Source of the DNA: Gemmatimonadales bacterium
Lineage (GTDB): Bacteria > Gemmatimonadota > Gemmatimonadetes > Gemmatimonadales > GWC2-71-9
DNA: 64,000 bases
Assembly: GCA_036556505.1 (NCBI GenBank)
Contig: DATBJH010000125.1
Span: 4,003 to 68,002 of the forward strand
Direction of reading: 5' to 3'
Shown: positions 1-9,390 of the stretch, in pieces
Position numbering within the stretch: the stretch's first letter is position 1
How the letters are laid out: the number at the start of each line of letters is the position of its first letter
Made by a program: the position numbers and the translations under genes
The notes under the pieces: generated by a model
What the model was told of the DNA's origin: nothing
The model's input: only the letters and a program-made list of their open reading frames with translations
Databases searched by the model: none

Positions 1-624
1 CGAGCGGCCCAGTCGCTCTCGCTCGCGGACGGGAAGGGACTGGAGATCGCGGTCGGCCGGGGGGACGTGCCGATCGGCCAGGTGATCCGCGCGCTCTATC
101 CCGAGCTCCCGACCGACGAGCTGCAGGAGCCCAAGCCGACGGTCTTCGGCCGGGTGATCGACCGGATCCGGCTCGGCCGCGGCATCAAGATCCAGGGGGT
201 GGACGGACTGATGGTGCGGTACGCGCAGTGCTGCCAGCCGGTGCCCGGCGACTCGGTCGTGGGCTACGTGACCCAGGGCCGCGGCATCTCGATCCACCGC
301 TCGGACTGCCCCAACCTGCTCACCCTGTCCGCCGAGGAGCGGCGGGTGGAGATCGACTGGCAGGAGAGCCAGGGCGAGTCCTTCGCGGTGCGACTGGCGG
401 TGACCGGGGAGGACCGGCGCGGGCTCTACGCCGACATGATGGAGGCGATCAGTCAGACCGGCACCAACATCCGGGCGGCCGACATCCGCACCCGGGACGG
501 CACCGTGTTCGGCACCATCTTCGTCGAGGTGGACAACCTTCCCCACCTGGCGAAGGTGCTGAAGGCAGTGCGACGTGTCAAAGGCGTGACCGAGATCGAA
601 CGGAGGGAAGCGCCGCCCACCTGA
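1..624 (+). CDS. RelA/SpoT (p)ppGpp synthetase/hydrolase, C-terminal part (5' end outside window)
   Basis: Frame open from base 1; zinc-finger motif AQCCQPVPGD..VGYVTQGRGISIHRSDC followed by ACT domain (GEDRRGLYADM...VKGVTEIER). Confidence 0.93.
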   Translation, partial: RAAQSLSLADGKGLEIAVGRGDVPIGQVIRALYPELPTDELQEPKPTVFGRVIDRIRLGRGIKIQGVDGLMVRYAQCCQPVPGDSVVGYVTQGRGISIHRSDCPNLLTLSAEERRVEIDWQESQGESFAVRLAVTGEDRRGLYADMMEAISQTGTNIRAADIRTRDGTVFGTIFVEVDNLPHLAKVLKAVRRVKGVTEIERREAPPT

Positions 625-626
625 GC

Positions 627-641
627 TGGCATGCAACCTGC
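627..641 (+). promoter_or_regulatory. Putative sigma54 (-24/-12) promoter for the SET-domain gene
   Basis: TGGCATG-CAAC-CTGC matches TGGCAYG-N4-TTGC with correct GG/GC spacing (one mismatch at -12). Confidence 0.5.
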
Positions 642-784
642 CCCATCACCCACCGTTCACCGATCAACTTCGCTCGACAGCCGTACTTGCCTTACCCCCT
701 GGGGCCGGCCGTGCTGCGTTCTGCCAGAGCCGACCGGCGCCTTCCGGGACGTGCCAATTGTCGCACGCAGGAAGGAGCACAGTG

Positions 785-1318
785 ATGAGTGGGCCGTCGG
801 TCGTCGTGGGCCGCAGCGCCATCGGGCGCGGCGTCTTCGCCTCTCGGTACTTCGAGCCCGGCCAGCCGATGCTCACCCTCGGCGGGCCGGTCCTCGCCAC
901 GCCCGAGGTGCTCTCGCTCGGTGCCGATCGCGCGTATGCGCTGCAGATCGGGGCCGCGGAGTTCCTGGATCTGACGCCGCCTGGCCGCTACCTGAACCAT
1001 TCCTGCGATCCCAACGCCGGCATCCTGGACGATCGGGTGCTCATCGCCCTCCGCCCGATCGTCCCCGGGGAGGAGATCCGGTTCGACTACTCCACCGCCA
1101 TGCGGGAGGACCACTGGACCATGGAGTGCCGCTGCGGTGAGTACCTCTGTCGCCGGGTCGTGCTCGACTTCCACCACCTGCCGCCCATCACCCAGAACCG
1201 CTATCTCCAACTCGGCATCGTGCAGCGTTTCATCGTGAACGAAGTTCGCCGCCGCTCCCCCGCGCGACGGCACGCGGTGGCGCGGCGGCGTCCGCTCTAT
1301 CGCCAGATTATTGCCTGA
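785..1318 (+). CDS. SET domain protein (putative lysine methyltransferase) with post-SET Cys motif
   Basis: GRGVFA, YLNHSCDPNA, GEEIRFDY, CRCGEYLCR; AAGGAG RBS before GTG782/ATG785. Confidence 0.88.
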   Translation: MSGPSVVVGRSAIGRGVFASRYFEPGQPMLTLGGPVLATPEVLSLGADRAYALQIGAAEFLDLTPPGRYLNHSCDPNAGILDDRVLIALRPIVPGEEIRFDYSTAMREDHWTMECRCGEYLCRRVVLDFHHLPPITQNRYLQLGIVQRFIVNEVRRRSPARRHAVARRRPLYRQIIA

Positions 1319-2159
1319 AGGTATCACAGGCATCGGGGCGGCCGGCCTCCATGCCCCGCTGGAACCACTCCTGACGCTGGGCGGAGGTTCCGTGGGTGAA
1401 CGACTCGGGGGCGACCCGCCCCCCTCCCATCCGCTGTAGCCGGTCGTCACCCACCGCCGCGGCCGCTCCCAGTCCCTCCTCCACATCACCCGGCTCCAGC
1501 CGCTGCCGCTGCGCGGCGGCGTGCCCCCAGACACCGGCGTAGCAGTCGGCCTGCAGCTCGAGCCGGACCGAAAGCTCGTTCGCCAGGTCCGCGCGCCGGG
1601 TGCGCGCCTCGCGGACCCGTGCCTCGGTGCCGAGCAGGTTCTGGACGTGGTGGCCGATCTCGTGCGCCAGCACGTAGGCCTGCGCGAAGTCGCCGGGCGC
1701 ACCGAAGCGCTGCTGGAGCTCCTCATAGAAGCCCAGGTCGATGTACACCTTCTCGTCCGCGGGGCAGTAGAACGGACCGGTGGCCGATTCGGCGAAGCCG
1801 CAGGCCGACTGCACCGCGTCGCGGAAGAGCACCAGCTTGGCGTCGCGGTACGGGGTTCCTGTCTCCGAGGACAGCTGGCGCCAGGTGCTCTGGGCGTCAT
1901 CCAGCACGAAGGAGACGAACGAGACCAGGCGCTCCTCCTCGGGCGTCGTCTCCGCCGGCGGTGCCTCGCCGCTCTCGGCAGCCGGTGCCCCGCCGCCGGC
2001 GCCCACCAGGGAGAAAAAGTCCCGCTTGAAAATCAGGCTGAGGATCAGAAGGATGATGAGGGTGCCGGCGCCCATTCCACCGGCGCCGCGCATGAAGCCC
2101 CCACCCGCTCCCCGACGATCCTCGACGTTGGCACTTCGGTGACCCGGTGACCAGCGCAT
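1308..2159 (-). CDS. YpfJ-family neutral zinc metallopeptidase
   Basis: NVEDRRG N-terminus, GPFYCPAD, AHEIGHHVQ (HExxH), ELQADCYAG, SFTHGTSAQR. Confidence 0.92.
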   Translation of the reverse strand: MRWSPGHRSANVEDRRGAGGGFMRGAGGMGAGTLIILLILSLIFKRDFFSLVGAGGGAPAAESGEAPPAETTPEEERLVSFVSFVLDDAQSTWRQLSSETGTPYRDAKLVLFRDAVQSACGFAESATGPFYCPADEKVYIDLGFYEELQQRFGAPGDFAQAYVLAHEIGHHVQNLLGTEARVREARTRRADLANELSVRLELQADCYAGVWGHAAAQRQRLEPGDVEEGLGAAAAVGDDRLQRMGGGRVAPESFTHGTSAQRQEWFQRGMEAGRPDACDTFRQ

Positions 2160-2319
2160 GGCGAGCTCCTGGCGGAATGAAATGGCGGATTCATAATAGG
2201 GGACGGATGGCCCACCCGCGAGCGGCCGGCAAGGGGTCCCCGCGCGTGACTGTTGTCACCGCCGCCGGCCCCGGGCAGGCCTATAGTGCGGGCTTCGTAT
2301 CCCATTCCCGGAGGCCGAG

Positions 2320-2580
2320 ATGCCGAACCCGAAGGAGCCACTGCCCGATTTCTCCAGTGTCCAGAGCGGCGGATCCTCAACTGCTCCAGCCGCGCCGGCC
2401 CGTGTGCAGCAGGAGGAGACCTATACCGTCAAGAAGGGCGATAGCCTCTCCAAGATCGCCAAGCGGATCTATGGCGATGCCCAGCAATGGCGCAGGATCT
2501 ACGAGGCCAATCGGGAGATCATCGGCGACAACCCCGATCTCATCCACCCCGGCCAGGCGCTGAAGCTGCCTCCGGCCTGA
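2320..2580 (+). CDS. Small LysM-domain protein
   Basis: YTVKKGDSLSKIAKRIYGDAQQWRRIYEAN...PDLIHPGQAL; GGAGG RBS. Confidence 0.9.
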   Translation: MPNPKEPLPDFSSVQSGGSSTAPAAPARVQQEETYTVKKGDSLSKIAKRIYGDAQQWRRIYEANREIIGDNPDLIHPGQALKLPPA

Positions 2581-2610
2581 GCACATCCCCCTCACGAGGA
2601 GGACGCCAAG

Positions 2611-3075
2611 ATGACGCACGCTGCACGGGCCCTCACTGCGATGGCCCTGCTGGCCGCGGTCGCGTGCAAGGGACGGGACAGCACTCCCGCCGCCGGCGCG
2701 GAGACCGGTACCACCGCCACGGCTGCTGCCGACACCGCCCCGAAGGAGTTCAAGGTCGCGAGCGTGATGATCGGCAAGCGGATCGGCGAGAGCAAGATGG
2801 TCACCGAGCCGACCTTCCAATTCGCGCCCGGGGATACGATCTATGCCTCCATCAGCACCGAAGGCGCGCGGGACAACGCCGAGTTGAGGGCCATCTGGCG
2901 ATTCCAGACCGGGCAAACGGTGGACTCTTCGACCCAGACCATCTCCCCGCAGGGCGACGAGAACACGGAGTTCCATGTCTCCAACCCCAAGGGCTGGCCG
3001 GCGGGCACGTACAACGTCACCATCTACGCCAATGGCGATTCCGTGGACTCGAAGAACTTCGCGGTGAAGAAGTAG
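2611..3075 (+). CDS. Hypothetical lipoprotein (beta-sandwich-like)
   Basis: Signal peptide with AVAC lipobox, GAGGAGG RBS, typical codon usage. Confidence 0.75.
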   Translation: MTHAARALTAMALLAAVACKGRDSTPAAGAETGTTATAAADTAPKEFKVASVMIGKRIGESKMVTEPTFQFAPGDTIYASISTEGARDNAELRAIWRFQTGQTVDSSTQTISPQGDENTEFHVSNPKGWPAGTYNVTIYANGDSVDSKNFAVKK

Positions 3076-3093
3076 CCGCAGCGCGGGACTTCG

Positions 3094-3498
3094 ATGTCAC
3101 GCCATTGGGTGCTCAAGACCGAGCCCTCCGAGTACGGGTTCCCCGATCTGGTTCGCGAACGGCGGACCCGCTGGGAGGGCGTCCGCAATCCCGTCGCCCT
3201 CAAGCACCTTCGCTCGATGCTCGAGGGCGACGACGCGCTGATCTACCACACCGGCAACGAGAAGGCGCTGGTGGGGCTCGCCCGGGTGGTCAGCGCGCCG
3301 TACCCCGATCCCAAGGACCCCGAACTGGTCGTGGTGGACATAGCGCCGGTCAAGCCGCTGCCGCGTGCGGTGCCGCTGGCCGAGATCAAGGCGGAGCCTT
3401 CGTTCGCCGATCTGGGACTGGTGCGGGTGCCGCGGCTGTCGGTGGTGCCGGTGGAACCGGCGCAGTGGAAGCGGATGCTGGCGATGGCCGGCGGATGA
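3094..3498 (+). CDS. EVE domain protein
   Basis: WVLKTEPSEY, WEGVRN, IYHTG, RLSVVPV motifs. Confidence 0.9.
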   Translation: MSRHWVLKTEPSEYGFPDLVRERRTRWEGVRNPVALKHLRSMLEGDDALIYHTGNEKALVGLARVVSAPYPDPKDPELVVVDIAPVKPLPRAVPLAEIKAEPSFADLGLVRVPRLSVVPVEPAQWKRMLAMAGG

Positions 3499-3501
3499 CA
3501 G

Positions 3502-4881
3502 TCAGCTGGAAAACCCGATTCCCAGACGATCCAGCAGGCGCAGCAGAAGGCTGGGCGACTCGCCCGAGTCCACCCGGCGGAGCGCCCGGGTCACGCCGGC
3601 CACCGCCCACGATCGCAACGGCTCGGGCGGAAATGGAAGGGGCCGGCGCCGGACCAGCGCCAGGTCGAGGAGGTCGGTCCGCCGATCCAGCGCGAGATGA
3701 GCGAGAATGCGACCCGCGAGGCGGGTGGTGCCGAGCCCGTGGCCAGTGTACCCGAGGCCGTAGTGGACCCGGCCACCGAGCGCGCTGCCGAAGAAGGGCG
3801 TAAGCCTGGTCGTGGAGCAGATGGGCCCACCCCAGGCATAGGGAAACTCGAGCGAGGCGAGTGCCGGAAAGTGACGCCGGAAGCTCGCCCGAAGCGCCGT
3901 GTAATGCGGCTGGGAATGGTCGCACTCCACGGCCACCCGGTTGCCCGGGAAGTAGGCCGCCTCGCTGGTGCCCCAGAGAATCCGGTCGTCGCGGGTGAGG
4001 CGGTAGTAGTTGAAGAAGTTCCGGCCGTCGGTCACACCCTCCCGCCCGCGCCAGCCGATCGCCGCGCGCTGAGCGCCGGTGAGTGGCTCGCTCACCAGGA
4101 TGTAGTCGTACAGCGGGATGAAGCGGCGCAGCACGCTGGGCAGGAGACCGTGGGTGTAGGCACTGGTCGCGAGCAGCGCTCGTCGCGCGCGGACGGTACC
4201 CGCCTTGGTCTCGAGCTCCACTCCGGCGCCAGCCGACCGCAGCTTCTCGACGCCGCTCCGCTCGTACACGCGCACCCCGCGCCGCTCGGCCTCCTGGCGG
4301 AGACCGTCCACCAGCTTGACCGGATCGAGAATCCCCCCGCCGCGCACCCGCACGCCGCCGAGATAGAGCGCTGAGTCGATCCGCTCGCGGAACCGGTTTC
4401 GGTCCAGCCACTCGTGGCCCTCGAGACCGAGGCGTCGAGCGGTGGCGACCGCGCGCCGACCCTCCTCGACCTGCGCCGCGGTCAGCGCGGCGAGGAGCCG
4501 ACCGGTCGGCTCGTACTCGCAGTCGATGCCCCGGGCGTCCAGCCACCCGACCATTTCCTCCACGTTCCGCTCACCCAGCGCCGCGAGTCGCCGCGCCTCC
4601 GTTTCGCCGAAGTGCTGGATGGCGAGCCCGTGACCGTGGTCCACGGTCTCGGAGAGCATCCCGGCGTTCCGACCGCTCGCCCCGTAGGCCGCGATCTCCC
4701 GCTCGAGCACCACGACCTCCGCGCGAGGGTCCAGCTCCCTGAGGAAGAGCGCGGTCCAGAGCCCCGTCAGGCCGGCGCCGACGACTGCGACGTCGGCCTC
4801 GACCCGGGACTCCAGGGCTTGGTGATCTCTGGGTGGGCGGTGGGCGAGCCAGTAGCAGGCGCGCTCGATCGGCTCGGTCAG
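3502..4881 (-). CDS. FAD-dependent oxidoreductase (DAO/PuuB-like); probable CTG start
   Basis: Frame extends 56 codons above the listed GTG and contains CYWL and the Rossmann motif [35 protein letters not shown] ahead of CTG at 4881. Confidence 0.85.
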   Translation of the reverse strand: MTEPIERACYWLAHRPPRDHQALESRVEADVAVVGAGLTGLWTALFLRELDPRAEVVVLEREIAAYGASGRNAGMLSETVDHGHGLAIQHFGETEARRLAALGERNVEEMVGWLDARGIDCEYEPTGRLLAALTAAQVEEGRRAVATARRLGLEGHEWLDRNRFRERIDSALYLGGVRVRGGGILDPVKLVDGLRQEAERRGVRVYERSGVEKLRSAGAGVELETKAGTVRARRALLATSAYTHGLLPSVLRRFIPLYDYILVSEPLTGAQRAAIGWRGREGVTDGRNFFNYYRLTRDDRILWGTSEAAYFPGNRVAVECDHSQPHYTALRASFRRHFPALASLEFPYAWGGPICSTTRLTPFFGSALGGRVHYGLGYTGHGLGTTRLAGRILAHLALDRRTDLLDLALVRRRPLPFPPEPLRSWAVAGVTRALRRVDSGESPSLLLRLLDRLGIGFSS

Positions 4882-4922
4882 CTCTCTCCTCCGGGAGGGA
4901 CCCGAACAAACTCCGGCAGCGG

Positions 4923-4931
4923 TGCTATATT
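4923..4931 (+). promoter_or_regulatory. Extended -10 element (TGcTATATT) 9 nt before the uvrB ATG
   Basis: TG-N-TATATT; no SD between it and ATG4941. Confidence 0.55.
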
Positions 4932-4940
4932 CCAGGCACC

Positions 4941-6986
4941 ATGGCGACGACCCGATTCGAAGTCCAGGCCCCGTTCCAGCCCGCCGGCGACCAGCCCAAG
5001 GCGATCGCCCAGCTCACAGCGGGGCTCGGTCGGGGCGACCGGTACCAGACGCTGCTCGGAGTGACCGGTTCCGGCAAGACGATGACGCTGGCGCACACCA
5101 TCGCCAACCACGGAAAGCCCACCCTCGTCCTCAGCCACAACAAGACCCTCGCCGCGCAGCTCTACGGCGAGCTGCGGCAGTTCCTCCCCCGGAACGCGGT
5201 CGAGTACTTCGTCAGCTACTACGACTACTACCAGCCCGAGGCCTACGTCCCCTCGACCGACGTCTACATCGAGAAGGACGCCTCGATCAACCAGGACATC
5301 GAGAGCATGCGGCTCCGCGCCACCACCAGCCTGATGGAGCGCGAAGACGTGGTGATCGTCGCCACCGTGAGCGCGATCTACGGCCTGGGCGATCCGGCGG
5401 AGTACCGCAAGCTGATGGTGACCGTCCGGCGGGGGGAGCAGCGGGGCCGGGACGAGGTGCTCGCCGAGCTGGTGCGGATCCAGTACTCCCGCAACGACGT
5501 CGCCTTCGAGCAGGGCACGTTCCGGGTGCGGGGCGACTCGGTGGAGATCTTTCCCGCCTACGCGGAGCAGGCGATCCGGATCGAGTTCTGGGGCGACGAA
5601 GTGGAGCGGATCAGCAAGATCAACCCGCTCACCGGCGACACCATCGCCCAGGTCGACCAGTGCGCGGTCTATCCCGCGAAGCACTTCGTCACCGAGCGCC
5701 CCAAGATCGAGCGCGCGGTGCGGGAGATCCGCATCGAGCTGGCGGAGCGACTCGCCGAGCTGAAGGCGGCGGGCAAGCTGCTCGAAGCGCAGCGGCTGGA
5801 GTCGCGCACCAACTTCGACATCGAGATGCTGCTGGAGGTGGGGACCTGCGCCGGCATCGAGAACTACTCCCGCCCGCTGAGCGGACGGCGGCCAGGCGAG
5901 CGCCCCGCCTGTCTCATCGACTACTTCCCGGCGGACTTCCTGGTGGTCGTGGACGAGTCACACGTCTCGCTGCCCCAGATCGGCGGGATGTACAACGGCG
6001 ACCGCGCCCGCAAGCTGACCCTGGTCGAGTACGGCTTCCGGCTGCCGTCCGCGCTCGACAACCGCCCGCTCCAGTTCGACGAGTTCATGTCACTGGTCCC
6101 TCAGATGATTACGGTCTCGGCCACCCCGGGCGACTACGAGCTGAATCTCTCGAGCGGCGTGGTGGTGGAGCAGATCATCCGTCCCACCGGTCTGGTGGAT
6201 CCCGAGGTGGACGTGCGTCCGGTCCGGGGCCAGGTGGACGATCTCCTGAGCGAGATCCGGGTGCGGGAGGCGCGGGCCGAGCGAGTGCTGGTCACCACGC
6301 TCACCAAGCGGATGGCGGAAGATCTCACCGACTACCTGCAGCAGACCGGCGTGCGGGTGCGCTACCTGCATTCGGACATCGACGCCATCGAGCGAATGGA
6401 CATCCTGCGCGGCCTGCGGCTGGGCGACTTCGACGTGCTGGTGGGGATCAACCTGCTCCGCGAGGGTCTCGACCTGCCTGAGGTCTCCCTGGTGGCGATT
6501 CTCGACGCCGACCAGGAAGGCTTCCTCCGCTCCGACCGCAGCCTGGTGCAGACCATCGGCCGGGCCGCCCGGAACATCAACGGCAGGGCCATCCTCTATG
6601 CCGACCGGATCACCGGCTCGATGCAGCGGGCATTGGAGGAGATGGATCGGCGGCGGGAAATCCAGCGGCGGTTCAACGAGGAGCACGGGATCACTCCGCG
6701 CTCGATCGTGAAGTCCATGGAGGAGGTGCGGCTCTCCACCCATGTGGCCGATGCCCGCACCGAGCGGGCCGAGCCCAAGCTCGCGGTGCAGGAGCGGGTG
6801 GACCTGCGGGATCCCGCCAAGCGCGCGGCGGCGATACAGGTGCTGGAGAAGCAGATGCGCCAGGCCGCGGCGAACCTGGAGTTCGAGCTGGCCGCCATGC
6901 TGCGCGATCAGGTGAACGAGCTGCGCGCGCTGGGTGCGCCCGATGTTCACCGCGATGAGCCGGCCCGGGTGCGCCGCCGCGCGTGA
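4941..6986 (+). CDS. uvrB: Excinuclease ABC subunit B
   Basis: [48 protein letters not shown]-terminal UVR motif FELAAMLRD. Confidence 0.98.
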   Translation: MATTRFEVQAPFQPAGDQPKAIAQLTAGLGRGDRYQTLLGVTGSGKTMTLAHTIANHGKPTLVLSHNKTLAAQLYGELRQFLPRNAVEYFVSYYDYYQPEAYVPSTDVYIEKDASINQDIESMRLRATTSLMEREDVVIVATVSAIYGLGDPAEYRKLMVTVRRGEQRGRDEVLAELVRIQYSRNDVAFEQGTFRVRGDSVEIFPAYAEQAIRIEFWGDEVERISKINPLTGDTIAQVDQCAVYPAKHFVTERPKIERAVREIRIELAERLAELKAAGKLLEAQRLESRTNFDIEMLLEVGTCAGIENYSRPLSGRRPGERPACLIDYFPADFLVVVDESHVSLPQIGGMYNGDRARKLTLVEYGFRLPSALDNRPLQFDEFMSLVPQMITVSATPGDYELNLSSGVVVEQIIRPTGLVDPEVDVRPVRGQVDDLLSEIRVREARAERVLVTTLTKRMAEDLTDYLQQTGVRVRYLHSDIDAIERMDILRGLRLGDFDVLVGINLLREGLDLPEVSLVAILDADQEGFLRSDRSLVQTIGRAARNINGRAILYADRITGSMQRALEEMDRRREIQRRFNEEHGITPRSIVKSMEEVRLSTHVADARTERAEPKLAVQERVDLRDPAKRAAAIQVLEKQMRQAAANLEFELAAMLRDQVNELRALGAPDVHRDEPARVRRRA

Positions 6987-7393
6987 TCCGGAGCCTCAGC
7001 CAGGCCGAGCTGGAGGCCGAAGGATGGACGCTGGGCCGCTCGCTGCCGCCGGGTGCATTGCTGACTTTCGAGGGCGACCTCGGGGCGGGCAAGACCACCT
7101 TCATCAAGGCGATCGCGCGGGGGCTCGGGGTGGCGGGTGAGGCGAGCAGTCCCACCTATGCGCTGGTGCACCGCTACCGTTCCCGACGGGGCCCGGTGTT
7201 CCACCTGGACTGCTTCCGGCTCCGCTCGCCGGAGGAGGCGGCGGATCTGGACTGGGAGGGGCTTCTGGGAGAGGGCGACGCGATTCTGGTGGAATGGCCC
7301 GAGCGGGCGGGCGAGTGGCTGCCGACGCCGACGCGGCGCTTCCGTCTCCATCACCTCCCCGACCCGGAGCGTCGGGGCCTGGAGACACTCTGA
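6983..7393 (+). CDS. tsaE: tRNA t6A biosynthesis ATPase TsaE
   Basis: [28 protein letters not shown]. Confidence 0.95.
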   Translation: MIRSLSQAELEAEGWTLGRSLPPGALLTFEGDLGAGKTTFIKAIARGLGVAGEASSPTYALVHRYRSRRGPVFHLDCFRLRSPEEAADLDWEGLLGEGDAILVEWPERAGEWLPTPTRRFRLHHLPDPERRGLETL

Positions 7394-8112
7394 TGTGGCT
7401 GGCCCTGGAGACCGCGACCGACCGTGCCTCCGTCGCGGTCGGACGCACCGCCGCCGACGCGGTGGAGGAGAGCCTGACCGGCGCGCGGCGCCACGCCGGG
7501 GCGCTGCTCGGTATGGTGGAGGCCACGCTGCGTCGCCGCGGGGTCGGGCTGGACGCGATCACGGGGCTGGTGGTGAGCGATGGGCCGGGGAGCTTCACTG
7601 GATTGCGGGTGGGCGCGACGGCGGCGAAGGCGCTGGCACGGGCGCGGGGCCTGCCGCTCCACGCGGCGCCGTCGCTGATGGCTCGCGCGGCCGGGGTCGC
7701 CGGCGGGCCCGATTCGCTCGTTCTCGCGGTCAGCGACGCGCTCCGGGGCGAGGTGTACGCCGGCGCCTTCCGATTCGACGCGCGCAGCGTGGCCACGGAG
7801 TTGGAGCCCGGCGTCCGGCGGCCGGAGTCACTCGCGCCCCTGGGGCTCCGTCCCGGCGTGCTGGTGGGTGAGGCGCCGGTGGCAGTGCGCGCGCTGCTCG
7901 AGCGTTCCACCGGCCTCGCGATGATCGGACCGCCGGAAGGCGCGCCCCGCGCTACCGCGCTCATCGCGCTCGCCGGTCTGGAGGGCGGCGCGCGCGAGGT
8001 GCCCGATCCCTCCGAGTGGGAGCCGTTCTACGGTCGACCGGCGGAGGCCCAGGCCAGGTGGGAGATCGCCCATGGACGCCCGCTACCGGATCCGGCCGGC
8101 GATACTCGCTGA
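7393..8112 (+). CDS. tsaB: tRNA t6A biosynthesis protein TsaB
   Basis: LALETAT, GPGSFTGLRVG, DALRGEVY; TGATG overlap with tsaE. Confidence 0.93.
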   Translation: MWLALETATDRASVAVGRTAADAVEESLTGARRHAGALLGMVEATLRRRGVGLDAITGLVVSDGPGSFTGLRVGATAAKALARARGLPLHAAPSLMARAAGVAGGPDSLVLAVSDALRGEVYAGAFRFDARSVATELEPGVRRPESLAPLGLRPGVLVGEAPVAVRALLERSTGLAMIGPPEGAPRATALIALAGLEGGAREVPDPSEWEPFYGRPAEAQARWEIAHGRPLPDPAGDTR

Positions 8113-8530
8113 CGCCCCGTCGCTGGTCGCGATCGAGCGGCGCTGCTTCAGCGACCCGTGGAGCGAGGCGGCGTTCGGCGAGGCGCTGTCCTCGGCTTGG
8201 ACCTTCACGCTGGTCGCCGACGGCGGGCGCGGTGCGGCAGGCTACCTGGTCGGCCGGGTGGCGGCGGGCAGCGGCGAGATCCTGAACCTGGCGGTGGCGC
8301 CCGAGTTCAGGCGCCGCGGGATCGGCGGAGCGCTGCTGGAGGACGGCCTGGCGTCGTTCCGCGACCGGCGCGCCAGCGAGGTGTTTCTCGAGGTGCGCGA
8401 GTCGAACCACTCGGCGCAGGCGCTCTACCTGGCGCGCGGCTTCCGTCCGGTGGGGCAGCGGGCCGCCTATTATCGGAACCCGCGCGAGGATGCCCTGGTG
8501 CTGCGCCTCGCACTGCATCAGCACGCGTGA
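8072..8530 (+). CDS. rimI: Ribosomal protein S18 alanine N-acetyltransferase
   Basis: GNAT motifs NLAVAPEFRRRGIG, FLEVRESN, YYRNPREDA; follows tsaB. Confidence 0.92.
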   Translation: MDARYRIRPAILADAPSLVAIERRCFSDPWSEAAFGEALSSAWTFTLVADGGRGAAGYLVGRVAAGSGEILNLAVAPEFRRRGIGGALLEDGLASFRDRRASEVFLEVRESNHSAQALYLARGFRPVGQRAAYYRNPREDALVLRLALHQHA

Positions 8531-8633
8531 GCAGGACACCGGCGGCGTTGCACCGGTTGGCAGGACGTCCGCCGAACCGCATCTTTACCCGGGTCCGCAG
8601 CGAGGGCCCATCGTCAGCAGCCTGGAGGTGCAT

Positions 8634-9113
8634 GTGAGCCGGAGTCTCAACAAAGTCATCCTGATCGGGAACCTGGGAGCGGACCCCGAAGTCCGCAGCA
8701 CCTCGAACGGGTCGCGGGTCGCAACCCTGTCGCTCGCCACCAGTCGCCGGTGGAAGAATCAGGCGGGCGAGCAGCAGGAAAAGACCGAGTGGCACCGCGT
8801 CATCCTGTGGAACAACAAGGGCTCCACTCTCGCGGATCTGGCCGAGCGGTACATGAAGAAGGGCGACAAGATCTACATCGAGGGCAGCATCGAGTATCGC
8901 TCCTGGCAGGACCGCGAAGGGCAGACCCGCTATACCACCGAGATCACGGCGCGTGAGGTCATTCTGCTCAGCGGCCGCGGCGACGGTGCGGAGTCCTTCA
9001 CCCCGGCCAACAAGGTGGCCGCCACCGCCGCCGCCGCGCCAAAGGGCAAGGACCAGTCGTTCGAGGATTTCCCGGAGGCGCTCGACTCCGAGGACGACGA
9101 CCTGCCGTTCTGA
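8634..9113 (+). CDS. ssb: Single-stranded DNA-binding protein
   Basis: LNKVILIGNLGADPEVR, TEWHRV, C-terminal DDDLPF; GGAGG RBS then GTG. Confidence 0.97.
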   Translation: MSRSLNKVILIGNLGADPEVRSTSNGSRVATLSLATSRRWKNQAGEQQEKTEWHRVILWNNKGSTLADLAERYMKKGDKIYIEGSIEYRSWQDREGQTRYTTEITAREVILLSGRGDGAESFTPANKVAATAAAAPKGKDQSFEDFPEALDSEDDDLPF

Positions 9114-9123
9114 GCCGAGAGGG

Positions 9124-9152
9124 GGCCGGGGGCGTCGATCCAACCCCCGGCC
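9124..9152 (+). terminator. GC-rich hairpin after ssb
   Basis: GGCCGGGGG...CCCCCGGCC inverted repeat; no U-tract. Confidence 0.4.
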
Positions 9153-9325
9153 GGCACACCGAGCCCCGCCCCGGACCGCCCAGACCGGGGCAATGGGGAC
9201 TTGCCACCAGCTCTCGCGCCGCGCGGGAGCGCCCGGTTTCCGAGGCCCTGGCACGGTCCTTATCCAGCATAGTAACTGCATTCGTTCCAAGGTCTTGGGT
9301 CCCTCGCCCCACCCCCCGCCACGGC

Positions 9326-9341
9326 TGGCGTTGGTTTTGCT
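9326..9341 (+). promoter_or_regulatory. Putative sigma54 promoter for the LysM/TsaP-like gene
   Basis: TGGC-GTTGGTT-TTGCT, GG-N10-GC spacing, about 50 nt upstream of ATG9391. Confidence 0.55.
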
Positions 9342-9390
9342 CGGGTTGGCCCTGAACCGTCAGGAAGTCCGTCCCTCTTGGGAGATCCCG

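Noticed and set aside
3094..3498. EVE protein as part of a modification-dependent defence system
   Set aside because: Stand-alone domain with no nuclease or other defence gene nearby.
8632..8637. ATG-TGA start-stop overlapping the ssb GTG
   Set aside because: SD spacing (3 nt vs 5 nt) favours the GTG; probably coincidental.
9114..9390. Riboswitch (e.g. c-di-AMP/ydaO) upstream of the LysM gene
   Set aside because: No recognisable conserved riboswitch motifs; an Rfam/Infernal scan would be needed.
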